Source: Succinimonas sp.
Lineage (GTDB): Bacteria; Pseudomonadota; Gammaproteobacteria; Enterobacterales; Succinivibrionaceae
DNA length: 62,448 nucleotides
Assembly (NCBI GenBank): GCA_963628765.1
Contig: CAVGFV010000099.1
Span: 1 to 62,448 of the forward strand
Reading direction: 5' to 3'
Position numbers and translations under genes: made by a program. The notes beneath the pieces are model-generated. The model made no database searches and was not told the DNA's origin. It saw nothing but the letters and a program-made list of their open reading frames with translations. Position 1 is the stretch's first letter. Every line of letters starts with the position of its first letter. Shown piece by piece: positions 1-8,988 of this stretch.

Positions 1-30
1 AAACGTGGAAGACCTAAAAAGTTAGCATAG
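1..30 (+). CDS. 3' end of a gene entering from the left (…KRGRPKKLA*), AT-hook-like tail
   Basis: Frame 1 reads aaa cgt gga aga cct aaa aag tta gca TAG. Only 9 codons are visible. Confidence 0.4.
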   Translation, partial: KRGRPKKLA

Positions 31-97
31 TACTACTGATTGGGAAAGTTTTAATTAACAGGAAGTTTTTTATAAGCCTACTAAAAATGACTTAAAT

Positions 98-133
98 AAA
101 AAAAACAAAAGGTGACATAAAGATGTCACCTTT
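98..133 (-). terminator. Intrinsic terminator after flgD, possibly bidirectional
   Basis: Stem aaaggtgacat(108-118)/atgtcaccttt(123-133). The A-rich run at 98-110 gives a U-tract on the minus strand. Confidence 0.75.
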
Positions 134-149
134 CGCTATCTTTTAAGAA

Positions 150-830
150 TTAACCAAAGTTCTTAACTTCCGCCATCTTCACAGTACCACCGCCCTGAAG
201 GTTTAGCACAGTATCATTGATGCCGGAACCCAAAGTAACACTAGAAACCTTACCATAACCATATACTGGAATAGCAGCACTAGCACCATTTTGTTTACCA
301 GTAACGCTGAAACTATAGTTACCTGGAGCTACAGGATTGCCATTCTTATCAGAGCCATCCCAGTAAAGGTTAACTTCACCAGAAGCATCACCGATAGGGA
401 TTTCATTTATTATCGAACCAGTACTGTCTGTAATAGTAACCTTCATGCCTGTACTGCCATCGCCAGCATCAACAACAAACTGGGTAGGATCAGAACCATT
501 AAAGTAGCAGTTACTCGTTGAAAGCTTCACATCTTGACCAACTAGACTTGATGCCATCAAAGCTTGCGCAGAGGTAACACTAGAGCTTAAAGAGTTAACA
601 GTATCGTTAAGAGAAGCAATACCAGTAACCATATTAAGTTGAGCCAATTGGGTAACCATCTGAGAATTATCAACAGGGTTTGAAGGATCCTGATATGACA
701 ACTGGGTTGTCAACATGCTTAAGAACTCTTCTTGTCCAAGGGCGTCATTTTTCTTACCAGCCTTGGCTTTTTCATTGGCTGCTGCCACTGAGGATACGGT
801 GGAAAGGCCTATATCATTATAAATTGACAT
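150..830 (-). CDS. flgD: Flagellar hook-capping protein FlgD
   Basis: FLSMLTTQLSYQDPSNPVDN motif, WDG…G…G-Y-F Ig-like domain, downstream of flgC. Confidence 0.97.
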   Translation of the reverse strand: MSIYNDIGLSTVSSVAAANEKAKAGKKNDALGQEEFLSMLTTQLSYQDPSNPVDNSQMVTQLAQLNMVTGIASLNDTVNSLSSSVTSAQALMASSLVGQDVKLSTSNCYFNGSDPTQFVVDAGDGSTGMKVTITDSTGSIINEIPIGDASGEVNLYWDGSDKNGNPVAPGNYSFSVTGKQNGASAAIPVYGYGKVSSVTLGSGINDTVLNLQGGGTVKMAEVKNFG

Positions 831-846
831 GATTTATTCTCCCAAC

Positions 847-1275
847 TTAGCTCGAACTTCCGAGTCTCAAAGTCTGAAGTAGCATTTGCTTAGCGTTGTC
901 AGCAACCTGAACAACGGTTTGATAGGAACGGCTAGCACTAACCATGTCGGCCATTTCTTCAACAGGGTTTACATTTGGTCTATAAATATAGCCATCACGA
1001 TCTGCTAGAGGATGATTTGGCATATATTCTTTAATAGGATCGAGCTGTGACTCTACAATATCTTGAACTTCAACGCCAGCGCCAGCAATAGGACCAGAAC
1101 CTTCCTGTGCTTCCGCAAGTACAGCGGCAAAGACAGGTTTTCTAGCACGGTAAGTATCTGCCGCATTAGAGGTAATACTATCGGCATTTGCAAGGTTAGA
1201 AGCTGTAGCATTCAATCTGATGGATTGGGCTGCCATTGCTGATCCCGCAATATCAAGAACTCCATAAAGACTCAT
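847..1275 (-). CDS. flgC: Flagellar basal-body rod protein FlgC
   Basis: ASNLANADS, YRAR, HPLAD.DGY…PNVN.VEEM.DM.SASRSY motifs. Confidence 0.98.
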   Translation of the reverse strand: MSLYGVLDIAGSAMAAQSIRLNATASNLANADSITSNAADTYRARKPVFAAVLAEAQEGSGPIAGAGVEVQDIVESQLDPIKEYMPNHPLADRDGYIYRPNVNPVEEMADMVSASRSYQTVVQVADNAKQMLLQTLRLGSSS

Positions 1276-1288
1276 AACCTAGCTCCTT

Positions 1289-1699
1289 TTATTCTGCCAT
1301 TACACGGCGAAGGTTGGCAATTTTAGTGTTCAAAAATGTCAAAGTAGCTTGATAATCAATGCTATTTTCAACATATGCCATACGTTCACTGCTTACATCT
1401 ACGGTATTTCCGTCACCTGTATCAGGTTGTAAAGGTCTTTTAAAAACCTCTGCGGCTGCAAAGATATTATCTTGACCTACAAGATGCTTATCATTTGTTC
1501 TAGCAAGGTTTGTGCCATGAATAGATCCAGTCTGTTCATCTATAGCAGTTTTCATAGCAGCTTTGAAATCAAGATCTTTGGCCTTATAGCCTGGGGTATC
1601 CACATTAGCAAGGTTACCCGCCAAAACTTCAGCTCTACGAGCTCTCAACGAAAGAGCCTGGGAATGCACTCCAAAAATGTCACCAAATGAAATACTCAT
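1289..1699 (-). CDS. flgB: Flagellar basal-body rod protein FlgB
   Basis: NLANVDTPGYKAKDLDF and DGNTVD motifs. ATG 1699 chosen from SD spacing. Confidence 0.97.
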   Translation of the reverse strand: MSISFGDIFGVHSQALSLRARRAEVLAGNLANVDTPGYKAKDLDFKAAMKTAIDEQTGSIHGTNLARTNDKHLVGQDNIFAAAEVFKRPLQPDTGDGNTVDVSSERMAYVENSIDYQATLTFLNTKIANLRRVMAE

Positions 1700-1753
1700 A
1701 ACCATAACTCCTGTCAAATCTCTGACTGAATAAGAATCTTTGATTATAAGTTA

Positions 1754-1770
1754 TTCAAGAATTGTGCCAA
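1754..1770 (-). promoter_or_regulatory. sigma54 promoter of flgBCD
   Basis: Minus strand reads TTGGCAC-AATTC-TTGAA (consensus TGGCAC-N5-TTGCW, one mismatch at -12). Confidence 0.65.
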
Positions 1771-2619
1771 TTAGGCTTTCTTTTTGAAAAACATCCCCGG
1801 ATTTAGCCTTATCATCTCAAAATCATTGCTAATACCAGATAAGAATTCGGAGCTTCCTAAAAAGAGATAACCTCCTGGACGTAAGGCATCAGCAAAGTTT
1901 TTGATTACCCGGGTCTTCTCTTCAATAGAAAAGTAAATCAGAACATTACGACAAAAAATCACGTCAAAATGTCCTAGGAGGCTAATGTTATCGAGAAGGT
2001 TTTGTGTCTTAAAGGCGACCATCCTACGGATACTATCAGTCACCTTGAGACAATCTGGAAAATCTTTACAAGTCTCAAAGAACTTATGTTTCCTTTCTAA
2101 GCTAAGGCCACGACCAAGAGCAAGATTATCGTAGATGCCAGTTTTTGCCATATTGATCATCGTATCCGAGATGTCAGAGGCAAGAATTGTCACCGAAGAT
2201 GCGGAAAATTTCTTTGTCGCCTGGGCAGCTTCTTGAATAGCCATAGCCATAGAATAAGGTTCTTGCCCAGAAGAGCAAGCTGCTGACCAAATTCTTGGAT
2301 GAATATTTTTAGAAATAAGTTCTGGGACAATACGTTCCGCTAAGATTTGGAAAGGATAGCAATCACGAAACCAAGAGGTTTCATTGGTGGTCATCGCATC
2401 CACAACCACCATTTCCATCGTAGGATGATGTCCACTAATGGTACTCTCTAAAAGAGAATCAATATCCTTCATCTTAAAGCGTGGTAAAAGAGATACCAAG
2501 CGACTTCTAATAAGATACTGTTTACCAGGACCGAGGACAATACCGCACTTCTTTTCGAGAAACGCGCAAAATTCCTCATAGATCCGGTCACTAACAGTCC
2601 AGCTAGATGGCTGATTCAT
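1771..2619 (-). CDS. cheR: Chemotaxis methyltransferase CheR
   Basis: TTNETSWFRD, RIWSAACSSGQEPYS, FDVIFCRNVLIYF motifs. Confidence 0.97.
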   Translation of the reverse strand: MNQPSSWTVSDRIYEEFCAFLEKKCGIVLGPGKQYLIRSRLVSLLPRFKMKDIDSLLESTISGHHPTMEMVVVDAMTTNETSWFRDCYPFQILAERIVPELISKNIHPRIWSAACSSGQEPYSMAMAIQEAAQATKKFSASSVTILASDISDTMINMAKTGIYDNLALGRGLSLERKHKFFETCKDFPDCLKVTDSIRRMVAFKTQNLLDNISLLGHFDVIFCRNVLIYFSIEEKTRVIKNFADALRPGGYLFLGSSEFLSGISNDFEMIRLNPGMFFKKKA

Positions 2620-2634
2620 TAGAAGCACTCCAAG

Positions 2635-3609
2635 TTAAGCATTCATTTCCTGTTCTACTTGATTCATAAGGTCTTGAACCGCTTTAGCAAGCTCGTCAGG
2701 GTTGAACTTAGCAATAAAGTTATCGGCACCAACTTTTTTAACCATGGCTTGGTTAAACACACCACTAAGAGAGGTATGTAAAATTACTTTTAACTTTTTC
2801 AGATCTTGGTCAGCTCTGATATTGGCAGTAAGGGTATAACCATCCATTTCCGGCATTTCAATATCTGATATCAAAAGACCAATTTGTTCACTAATTGGGC
2901 CTTTTTTAGCCATATCCTTCAGCATATTTAAAGCCTGGAGGCCATTTTCCACTACAACTGCTTCTACATTGATAGATTGCAGAGCACGTTTAACCTGATT
3001 TCTAGCGACAGAGGAGTCATCTGCTACTAGTACGCGACGGCGTAACTTCACCTTACCTGGTTCTGGAGCTGGTTGCTCTTCTTCGCTCTTCTTAACCTCT
3101 GCCACTACTTCTTCACTAACATTCTTTTCGTTAGGAGAAATTTCATCGAGAATCTTTTCTACATCGAGGATTTCCACAAGTTCCTTATCGACTTGGGTTA
3201 CCGCAGTAAGGTAATTGATTTTGCCCATGCCTTTTGGAGGTGGCATTATGGAATTCCAGTCTAGGTTTACAATTCTGTCCACCCCACTTACGAGGAAGCC
3301 TTGTACAGAACGGTTATATTCGGTGATGATAATGTAACTCTTTTCTAATTCGTGGTTCATCTTGCCACCAATGGCGAGTCCCATATCAATAACGGAAATG
3401 GTTTGACCACGCACGTGGGCCACGCCACGAACATTCTTATTAAGTTTTGGCATCACGGTGAGTTTTGGGCATTCCAAAACTTCTTTTACCTTAAAAACGT
3501 TAATGCCATAGCACTGCTCTCTACCTGGAAGCCTAAAGAGGAGAAGCTCCAAACGGTTTTGTCCTACCAGTTCAGTAAGCTGATTTACGGAGTCCAACAC
3601 ACCAGCCAT
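2635..3609 (-). CDS. cheV: Chemotaxis protein CheV (CheW + REC)
   Basis: VGQNRLELLLF, YGINVFKVKEV, REC domain VADDS…LISDIEMPEMDG. Confidence 0.97.
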   Translation of the reverse strand: MAGVLDSVNQLTELVGQNRLELLLFRLPGREQCYGINVFKVKEVLECPKLTVMPKLNKNVRGVAHVRGQTISVIDMGLAIGGKMNHELEKSYIIITEYNRSVQGFLVSGVDRIVNLDWNSIMPPPKGMGKINYLTAVTQVDKELVEILDVEKILDEISPNEKNVSEEVVAEVKKSEEEQPAPEPGKVKLRRRVLVADDSSVARNQVKRALQSINVEAVVVENGLQALNMLKDMAKKGPISEQIGLLISDIEMPEMDGYTLTANIRADQDLKKLKVILHTSLSGVFNQAMVKKVGADNFIAKFNPDELAKAVQDLMNQVEQEMNA

Positions 3610-3931
3610 AACATTCTCCTTGTACTTATAAAACCCAATCTAGTTCTCATTTTAACTAGATTTATGAACAGCTATTTATTAATATTAGAACAGTCAGTAT
3701 CTCATATTGTCTTATATATAGAAAATTATGCTATTTCAAAAAGGCGATTTTGTGAACTACTAACCACCTAAAAGGAAGAGTGCTACATAGAAAGCTGGAA
3801 ACCTTTTCAGATATTTAATATTTAGGTTCTCTGTAGATGCTTGCAAAACTACTTTTCTTGTTAGTAGGTCTAAGGTGTACTTTGGGTATAATTTAAAGTG
3901 AAACAGAATGAGGATTTAGGGAGAAATCAAA

Positions 3932-4636
3932 ATGACTAATATTTTATGTAAAAAGCTGTCGACTTTTCTGATACTCCTCTGCCTTAGTACCTCTACTACG
4001 GCTCTTGCCGATGAGGAATATAACCAAGAACTTGCCGATGGCGCTAAAGACTGGCTTGAAAGCCAGCTTGAGCTTGAAGCCAATGAGACTGCAGAGATCG
4101 ACGTTACTCCCCCAAGCTCGAGAAGAAATTACCCTGTCTGCGAAGGTGAAATCACCTACGAACTTGTGGCCGGCAAAATTAGAAAAAATAACTCTATCCG
4201 TATCGAATGTAAAAGCGAGACCACCCCTTTTAAAGCCTATGCTACCGCTCGCTTAGAAATAAAAATGCCTTATGTCACAGTGGTTAATGCCGTACCTAAA
4301 AATAGTGTTCTTACCGCTGATAACCTTGTAATTGATTACATGAACAAAAATCAAGATCGGGGCAGGACCTTTTCAGATCCCGCGGTTTTAGATGGTATCC
4401 GAACTAAAAGAGATATTAGGCCAGGCCAACCGGTACTCACGAACCAGATTTGTGTCATCTGCGAAGGTGATGAAATCGATATTGAAGCCGCTGGATCCGG
4501 TTTTAGTGTCAAAACACGTGGAGAAGCCATTCAAGATGGTTCCTTTGGTGACACCATCCGAGTAAAAAATTCTAAGAGTGGTAAAGTAGTTAAGGGTAAA
4601 GTTGTAGATGCGACCCTAGTTTTAATTGAAATGTAG
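3932..4636 (+). CDS. flgA: P-ring assembly chaperone FlgA
   Basis: Signal peptide, SAF-like region, GEAIQDG..GDTIRVKN..SGK C-terminus, divergent from cheV. Confidence 0.93.
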   Translation: MTNILCKKLSTFLILLCLSTSTTALADEEYNQELADGAKDWLESQLELEANETAEIDVTPPSSRRNYPVCEGEITYELVAGKIRKNNSIRIECKSETTPFKAYATARLEIKMPYVTVVNAVPKNSVLTADNLVIDYMNKNQDRGRTFSDPAVLDGIRTKRDIRPGQPVLTNQICVICEGDEIDIEAAGSGFSVKTRGEAIQDGSFGDTIRVKNSKSGKVVKGKVVDATLVLIEM

Positions 4637-4708
4637 CTACTGTCCCCCCTAAAAGTAGCTTTCTTAAAGGAAAGTTCTCTAAAAAAACAAAATTTTCACA
4701 TTTCAGGC

Positions 4709-4735
4709 TAAAGTTTTTTACCAAAATGCCGCTTA
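4709..4735 (+). promoter_or_regulatory. sigma28 (FliA) promoter of flgM
   Basis: TAAA(GTTT)-N15-GCCGCTTA, against consensus TAAA-N15-GCCGATAA. Confidence 0.75.
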
Positions 4736-4771
4736 GTAAGTAATAGTGTTAACTATGAAGGAGATGTGAAA

Positions 4772-5098
4772 ATGTCAATAGATATACTAAACAACAAACA
4801 AAACATTTCCGGCATTCAAGCTAGACAGGTACAAGCGTCTTACATAAAAGGAAGCCGGGATAGCGGCGAAATTCAAAATACGAGAGCGAGTGACACTGAT
4901 AATGTCCAAATAACAGATACAGCACAAAGCATGAGCGCAGCAGCTGCAAGAGCAGAAAATGCTACTGGCATTGATCCCGCAAAAGTAGCCTCCATAAAAG
5001 CATCCATTGAGAATGGCGAATATCACATCAACTTTGACAGATTAGCATCAAACATAATGTCTAAGGAAAGTGAGCTCGCAAACGCCCTCACGGATTAA
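4772..5098 (+). CDS. flgM: Anti-sigma28 factor FlgM
   Basis: DNVQIT…ID.AKVASIKASIENGEY.IN..RLA motif. SD AAGGAG lies 8 nt before ATG 4772. Confidence 0.93.
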   Translation: MSIDILNNKQNISGIQARQVQASYIKGSRDSGEIQNTRASDTDNVQITDTAQSMSAAAARAENATGIDPAKVASIKASIENGEYHINFDRLASNIMSKESELANALTD

Positions 5099-5136
5099 AA
5101 AGATTAAAACACAAAGACTCAAGAGAGAAAACACAT

Positions 5137-5159
5137 GGCGCCCTTTGGGGCGCTTTTTT
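5137..5159 (+). terminator. Intrinsic terminator after flgM
   Basis: gcgccc-tttg-gggcgc followed by tttttt. Confidence 0.8.
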
Positions 5160-5276
5160 ATTTTCCTCAAAAACAATCTAAACCAACATCAAAGATACTA
5201 TCCCTACTTCTCACAAGATTCTATACATGGGCTATAATCAAAACATCCTTTTCTTACAGATTTAAGAGAGCCATTT

Positions 5277-5702
5277 ATGCCAGAACGTGAAATTACTGAA
5301 ATTCTTAAAGAACAGCAAAACCTTCTCGCAAAAATTAGCGAAGTTCTTAAAGAAGAATACGAACTTCTTAAAAATCGCCGGGCTCTTGATCTCCCTAAGC
5401 TCACGGAAAGTAAATCTGAGATCCTGCTAAAAATCCAAACGAATGATCGCTCCCTTAAAAATCACAGTGCAAGAGAGCGTCTTAAAGGCGATTTAGCCCC
5501 TATGAAGGAACAAATTCTAAAGGCCCTAGCCGAAGTACAACAGCAAAACGATGTTAATGGCCGTCTAATTGAACTAAACCTTGCAGCTAATAGGCGCCTT
5601 GCATCTTCTCTAATTCAAATAAGAGATACTTCCACCATGACCTATGATGGCAAAGGAAACCAAAATGCAATTCAGGGTGGTCATATAAGCTTTGATGCTT
5701 AA
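5277..5702 (+). CDS. flgN: Flagellar export chaperone FlgN
   Basis: Helical 141-aa protein with QQQNDVNGRLI and TYDGKG, located after flgM. Confidence 0.88.
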   Translation: MPEREITEILKEQQNLLAKISEVLKEEYELLKNRRALDLPKLTESKSEILLKIQTNDRSLKNHSARERLKGDLAPMKEQILKALAEVQQQNDVNGRLIELNLAANRRLASSLIQIRDTSTMTYDGKGNQNAIQGGHISFDA

Positions 5703-5753
5703 ACCTAAGCCACTTCTAAAAACAAAAAAACGCAAAACTCATAGATACAAAAG

Positions 5754-5802
5754 AAAAAGGAGTGACAAAATACCAACGTAATTTTGTCACTCCTTTGTTT
5801 TT
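5754..5802. terminator. Bidirectional terminator between flgN and flgP
   Basis: 16-bp stem aaaggagtgacaaaat/attttgtcactccttt with A-run and T-run flanks. Confidence 0.8.
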
Positions 5803-5831
5803 ACACTAACTAGCTAAGACCCAAGCGAGCT

Positions 5832-6263
5832 CTAGAGTGCACCGCGCATCTTATAAAGGTCGTAAAGCACCTTGCTATCAAGTTCTAGCTCGGTTACATA
5901 GGTGTTATTTAAAGGATAGGATCTAATAACACGTGCCCCCTTGATAATACCTGCCGTACGTGCTTTAAGCTCATTATTAGTTTGGATATTATCCTTAAGA
6001 TCGGTATCCGCAATAAGCTGCTGACCATAAACCTGCTCACTTAGTTCCCGATAAGCATCTAGCTTCGAAGCCCGCATCGCTTGTAAGGTGCGATCGTCTC
6101 TAGAAGGCCCCGGTTGCCGTGATATCACCGCATAACCAGTAGCTCTCAGAATCGGATAACGATCTGGCTCGGACACCTCATTACTTGAGTAGTTCGTTAT
6201 GGTAGAACAGCCAGTAACAGCTAAAAATACAGCAACGCTACATATCAATTTAGGTATTTTCAT
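5832..6263 (-). CDS. flgP: Flagellar assembly lipoprotein FlgP (LPP20-like)
   Basis: Lipobox VTGC, AMRASKLDAYRELSEQVYG motif, flgOP-flgT context. Confidence 0.9.
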   Translation of the reverse strand: MKIPKLICSVAVFLAVTGCSTITNYSSNEVSEPDRYPILRATGYAVISRQPGPSRDDRTLQAMRASKLDAYRELSEQVYGQQLIADTDLKDNIQTNNELKARTAGIIKGARVIRSYPLNNTYVTELELDSKVLYDLYKMRGAL

Positions 6264-6272
6264 ATGTTACTC

Positions 6273-7382
6273 CTATCTTCTATCGTACTGACTTTGATTT
6301 CTAACATCTCGCACAATGGAACCACCATATAAACCACTAGATGCAGGATAAATATCAGGATCCGAACATTCAGCGTGGCAGTGAGCATCACTTTGAGCAC
6401 AGCTTTCACAAGGAATGCTCATATTGCCGTTACTGGTAGCTTGACTACCATCAACTCTATATGATGCTGAATTATCACTAGTGCTATAGCTATTAGAACC
6501 ACGAGAATTATTAAGCACTGTTGGGCTACCTGCTGATGTTGTGGTGGTAGAGGTTCTAGTAGTAGTTCTAGAAGAATACTGGGTTCTTCTACTAGTACTA
6601 CTATTGTTACTTCTCTGAGAGCTTCTAGTGGCCCCACTGGTATTCCTACGAGCATTAGAATTTCTCGCATTATTAGTGGTGCTTCTATTCTGAGCTCTTT
6701 GAGTGTTTCGGTTAGCGGTGCTAGTTCTGGTAGTGCTACTTGCCTTACCATTGACAACGCCACCTGTGCTTGGATCCTTTATCTGAGAATCATACACCGG
6801 ATGATCACCACAGGTCTTAGGATACAATCTATAACAACTTGGGAGATTTTCATAAGGAATAAAGATTTCACTAGTGCCTTCAACCATAGAGGTCTTAAGG
6901 TTCACTAGTCGTGCATAAACCATTACACCATTATCATTACGGCTCATAGTGCCACTAAGAACTTTCGAAACGGAAGCTTTACCGGCAAGTTTTTGCCAAT
7001 TTCTACTATAGATGTAGTCACCATTTGCCGTAATCTCTAGCCAACCGGTAAGTTTATACTCTAGTACCTGAAAGCCATTTTCATGCATGGCGCTTACAAA
7101 GTATTCCGCAAGCTCGCGCCCTAACCAATCAGTATGCTCAAGTGACGCCACATCTACAGGGGTAGCAATAGCCACTCTCCCACCACGTTCGGATTTAGGG
7201 ATAGAACTCACCACATCCTTAACGAGGGTATATGCGTATCTTCGTAGCTCCGCAGGATCCTGTATCTTCTTTGCTGTCTCCTGAGTCGAAACAGGTCTTG
7301 AAACTGGCTCGGGATTTTTGGAGCTACATCCAAAAACTCCCAACAGCATCACAGCTGCAAGACAACAGATTAAACTTCTCAT
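6273..7382 (-). CDS. flgO: Flagellar outer-membrane lipoprotein FlgO with a long C-terminal extension
   Basis: Lipobox VFGC, LGRELAE…GF.VLEYKLTG…GDY..SRNW..L FlgO core, then an S/T/R/N-rich tail. Confidence 0.85.
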   Translation of the reverse strand: MRSLICCLAAVMLLGVFGCSSKNPEPVSRPVSTQETAKKIQDPAELRRYAYTLVKDVVSSIPKSERGGRVAIATPVDVASLEHTDWLGRELAEYFVSAMHENGFQVLEYKLTGWLEITANGDYIYSRNWQKLAGKASVSKVLSGTMSRNDNGVMVYARLVNLKTSMVEGTSEIFIPYENLPSCYRLYPKTCGDHPVYDSQIKDPSTGGVVNGKASSTTRTSTANRNTQRAQNRSTTNNARNSNARRNTSGATRSSQRSNNSSTSRRTQYSSRTTTRTSTTTTSAGSPTVLNNSRGSNSYSTSDNSASYRVDGSQATSNGNMSIPCESCAQSDAHCHAECSDPDIYPASSGLYGGSIVRDVRNQSQYDRR

Positions 7383-7451
7383 AGCATTTCCTCTATCCTT
7401 TTAGATATGGCACTGATATTTTTTTGGCGCTCATGTCTATGGTATATATAA

Positions 7452-7468
7452 TGCAAGCACTATGCCTA
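7452..7468 (-). promoter_or_regulatory. sigma54 promoter of flgOP
   Basis: Minus strand reads TAGGCAT-AGTGC-TTGCA, with GG and GC correctly spaced. Confidence 0.65.
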
Positions 7469-7501
7469 GATTATTAAAAAATAGTTCAGGAGCTATTTCT
7501 T

Positions 7502-8668
7502 ATGATAAAGCATTTATTAACCGCCTTAATATTTTTTACGCTTCTTATCACTGAAGCCCATGCTGAATGGTTTGAGGTACGTGGTACAGCTCAAATCCAT
7601 AATGGCGATGTTCCTACCGCAAGACAGGAAGCTATCGACGATGCTTTAAGACAGGTAATGCTAGAGTCAGGTTCCTTTGTCACCTCAAGCCAAAATGTTT
7701 CGGGAGGTGTGGTTACTGATGATAGCTTTAATGTTGCTTCTGCTAATAATATTAGACAGTACACCCTAATGTCGGAAAAACGCGAAAATGGCTTTATCTA
7801 TGTACAAGTAAGAGTGTTTGTCGAAAGTAATCCGGGACAATGTCTAGGAGCTTCCTGGAAAAAATCCGTACTTCCTCTCTTATTTACCTACGATACCAAC
7901 CAGTATCAAGAAAGTATCCACGGTATGGAAGGTATCAACGTGGAACTTGCCAAGCGTTTTACCGCAGAACTGGCTACTAGCGGTGGGGTAATTAGTAAGT
8001 CCTTTTATAACAAAAATCTCGGTATTGATCCTTTACGCCATACTACTGATAGCGCAAAACTCGATACTACTCTGAGACAGCTTTCCCGAAGCCTCGATGT
8101 CCAATATATTGTCACCGGGGTAGTTAGAGATCTCTCTAGAAGTCGCCCTGATGATGGCTGGTTCAATAAGCAGTTTGGCGATGATTTAAGACAATTTAGT
8201 TTTAGTATCTACGTTTTTGATGGTCTTACCGGGGAACAAATCTACACCAATGACTATCACACTGTAGCGGTATGGAATCTCGATTCCGATAAACCTTCCG
8301 TACAAAGTAGAGAGTTTTGGAGTTCCTCCTACGGTAAAGAAGTCGCTATCTTAATAAGCCGTGCCTCTCGTGATGCGGCTCAAGTAATCGGCTGCCAAAA
8401 ACCAGTAGCCCGTATCATCAAGGTAGATCCTCTCTCCGGGGAAGTCTATATCAACCTCGGTAAAAACAGTAACCTTAAACAAGGTACCCGTTTCTATATT
8501 GAACACAGCGGGATGTTTACCGATCAAAATGGAGAAATTAGATTTACTCGCAATCGTGCAAGAAGCCAAATGGAAGCTATCGAGATTTATCAAAACTCCG
8601 CTCTTTTAAAGCCTATCGGTAACGATAACGGCAACATTCAGCTCGATGATTTGGCTTTTATTGAATAA
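7502..8668 (+). CDS. flgT: Flagellar basal-body protein FlgT
   Basis: Signal peptide followed by WFEVRG.A.I…AR..AI.DAL, and FWSSSYG. Divergent from flgO. Confidence 0.9.
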   Translation: MIKHLLTALIFFTLLITEAHAEWFEVRGTAQIHNGDVPTARQEAIDDALRQVMLESGSFVTSSQNVSGGVVTDDSFNVASANNIRQYTLMSEKRENGFIYVQVRVFVESNPGQCLGASWKKSVLPLLFTYDTNQYQESIHGMEGINVELAKRFTAELATSGGVISKSFYNKNLGIDPLRHTTDSAKLDTTLRQLSRSLDVQYIVTGVVRDLSRSRPDDGWFNKQFGDDLRQFSFSIYVFDGLTGEQIYTNDYHTVAVWNLDSDKPSVQSREFWSSSYGKEVAILISRASRDAAQVIGCQKPVARIIKVDPLSGEVYINLGKNSNLKQGTRFYIEHSGMFTDQNGEIRFTRNRARSQMEAIEIYQNSALLKPIGNDNGNIQLDDLAFIE

Positions 8669-8671
8669 AGA

Positions 8672-8923
8672 TTACTGCTTTTCAAGTCCCGAAAGGAGAG
8701 AACGCAGTCTCTCCTTCCAGGAGTTTTGGTTTTCATGAATGAGGTGGTTTTCTTCCTTTAATTCTTGATTTTCTTTTTTTAATGAAGCATTTTCTGAAAG
8801 AGCTTTTTTTAGATCCTCGGAAGCATTCTTCTGCTCCTCATTTTTAGTTTTAAGATCTATAACCAACTTTTCTAGATCATCAAAAGCGCTATTTAATTCA
8901 TCTTCCGTCATAAGAGCTGTCAC
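8672..8923 (-). CDS. zapB: Cell division coiled-coil protein ZapB (start may be ATG 8911)
   Basis: Short coiled coil ending WKERLRSLL. Confidence 0.8.
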   Translation of the reverse strand: MTALMTEDELNSAFDDLEKLVIDLKTKNEEQKNASEDLKKALSENASLKKENQELKEENHLIHENQNSWKERLRSLLSGLEKQ

Positions 8924-8988
8924 TGCATTAGAAGTGTTCTAGAGGGTAAAGAACTTTCTCAACCTTACCCCACCTATGTTCCTGCACC

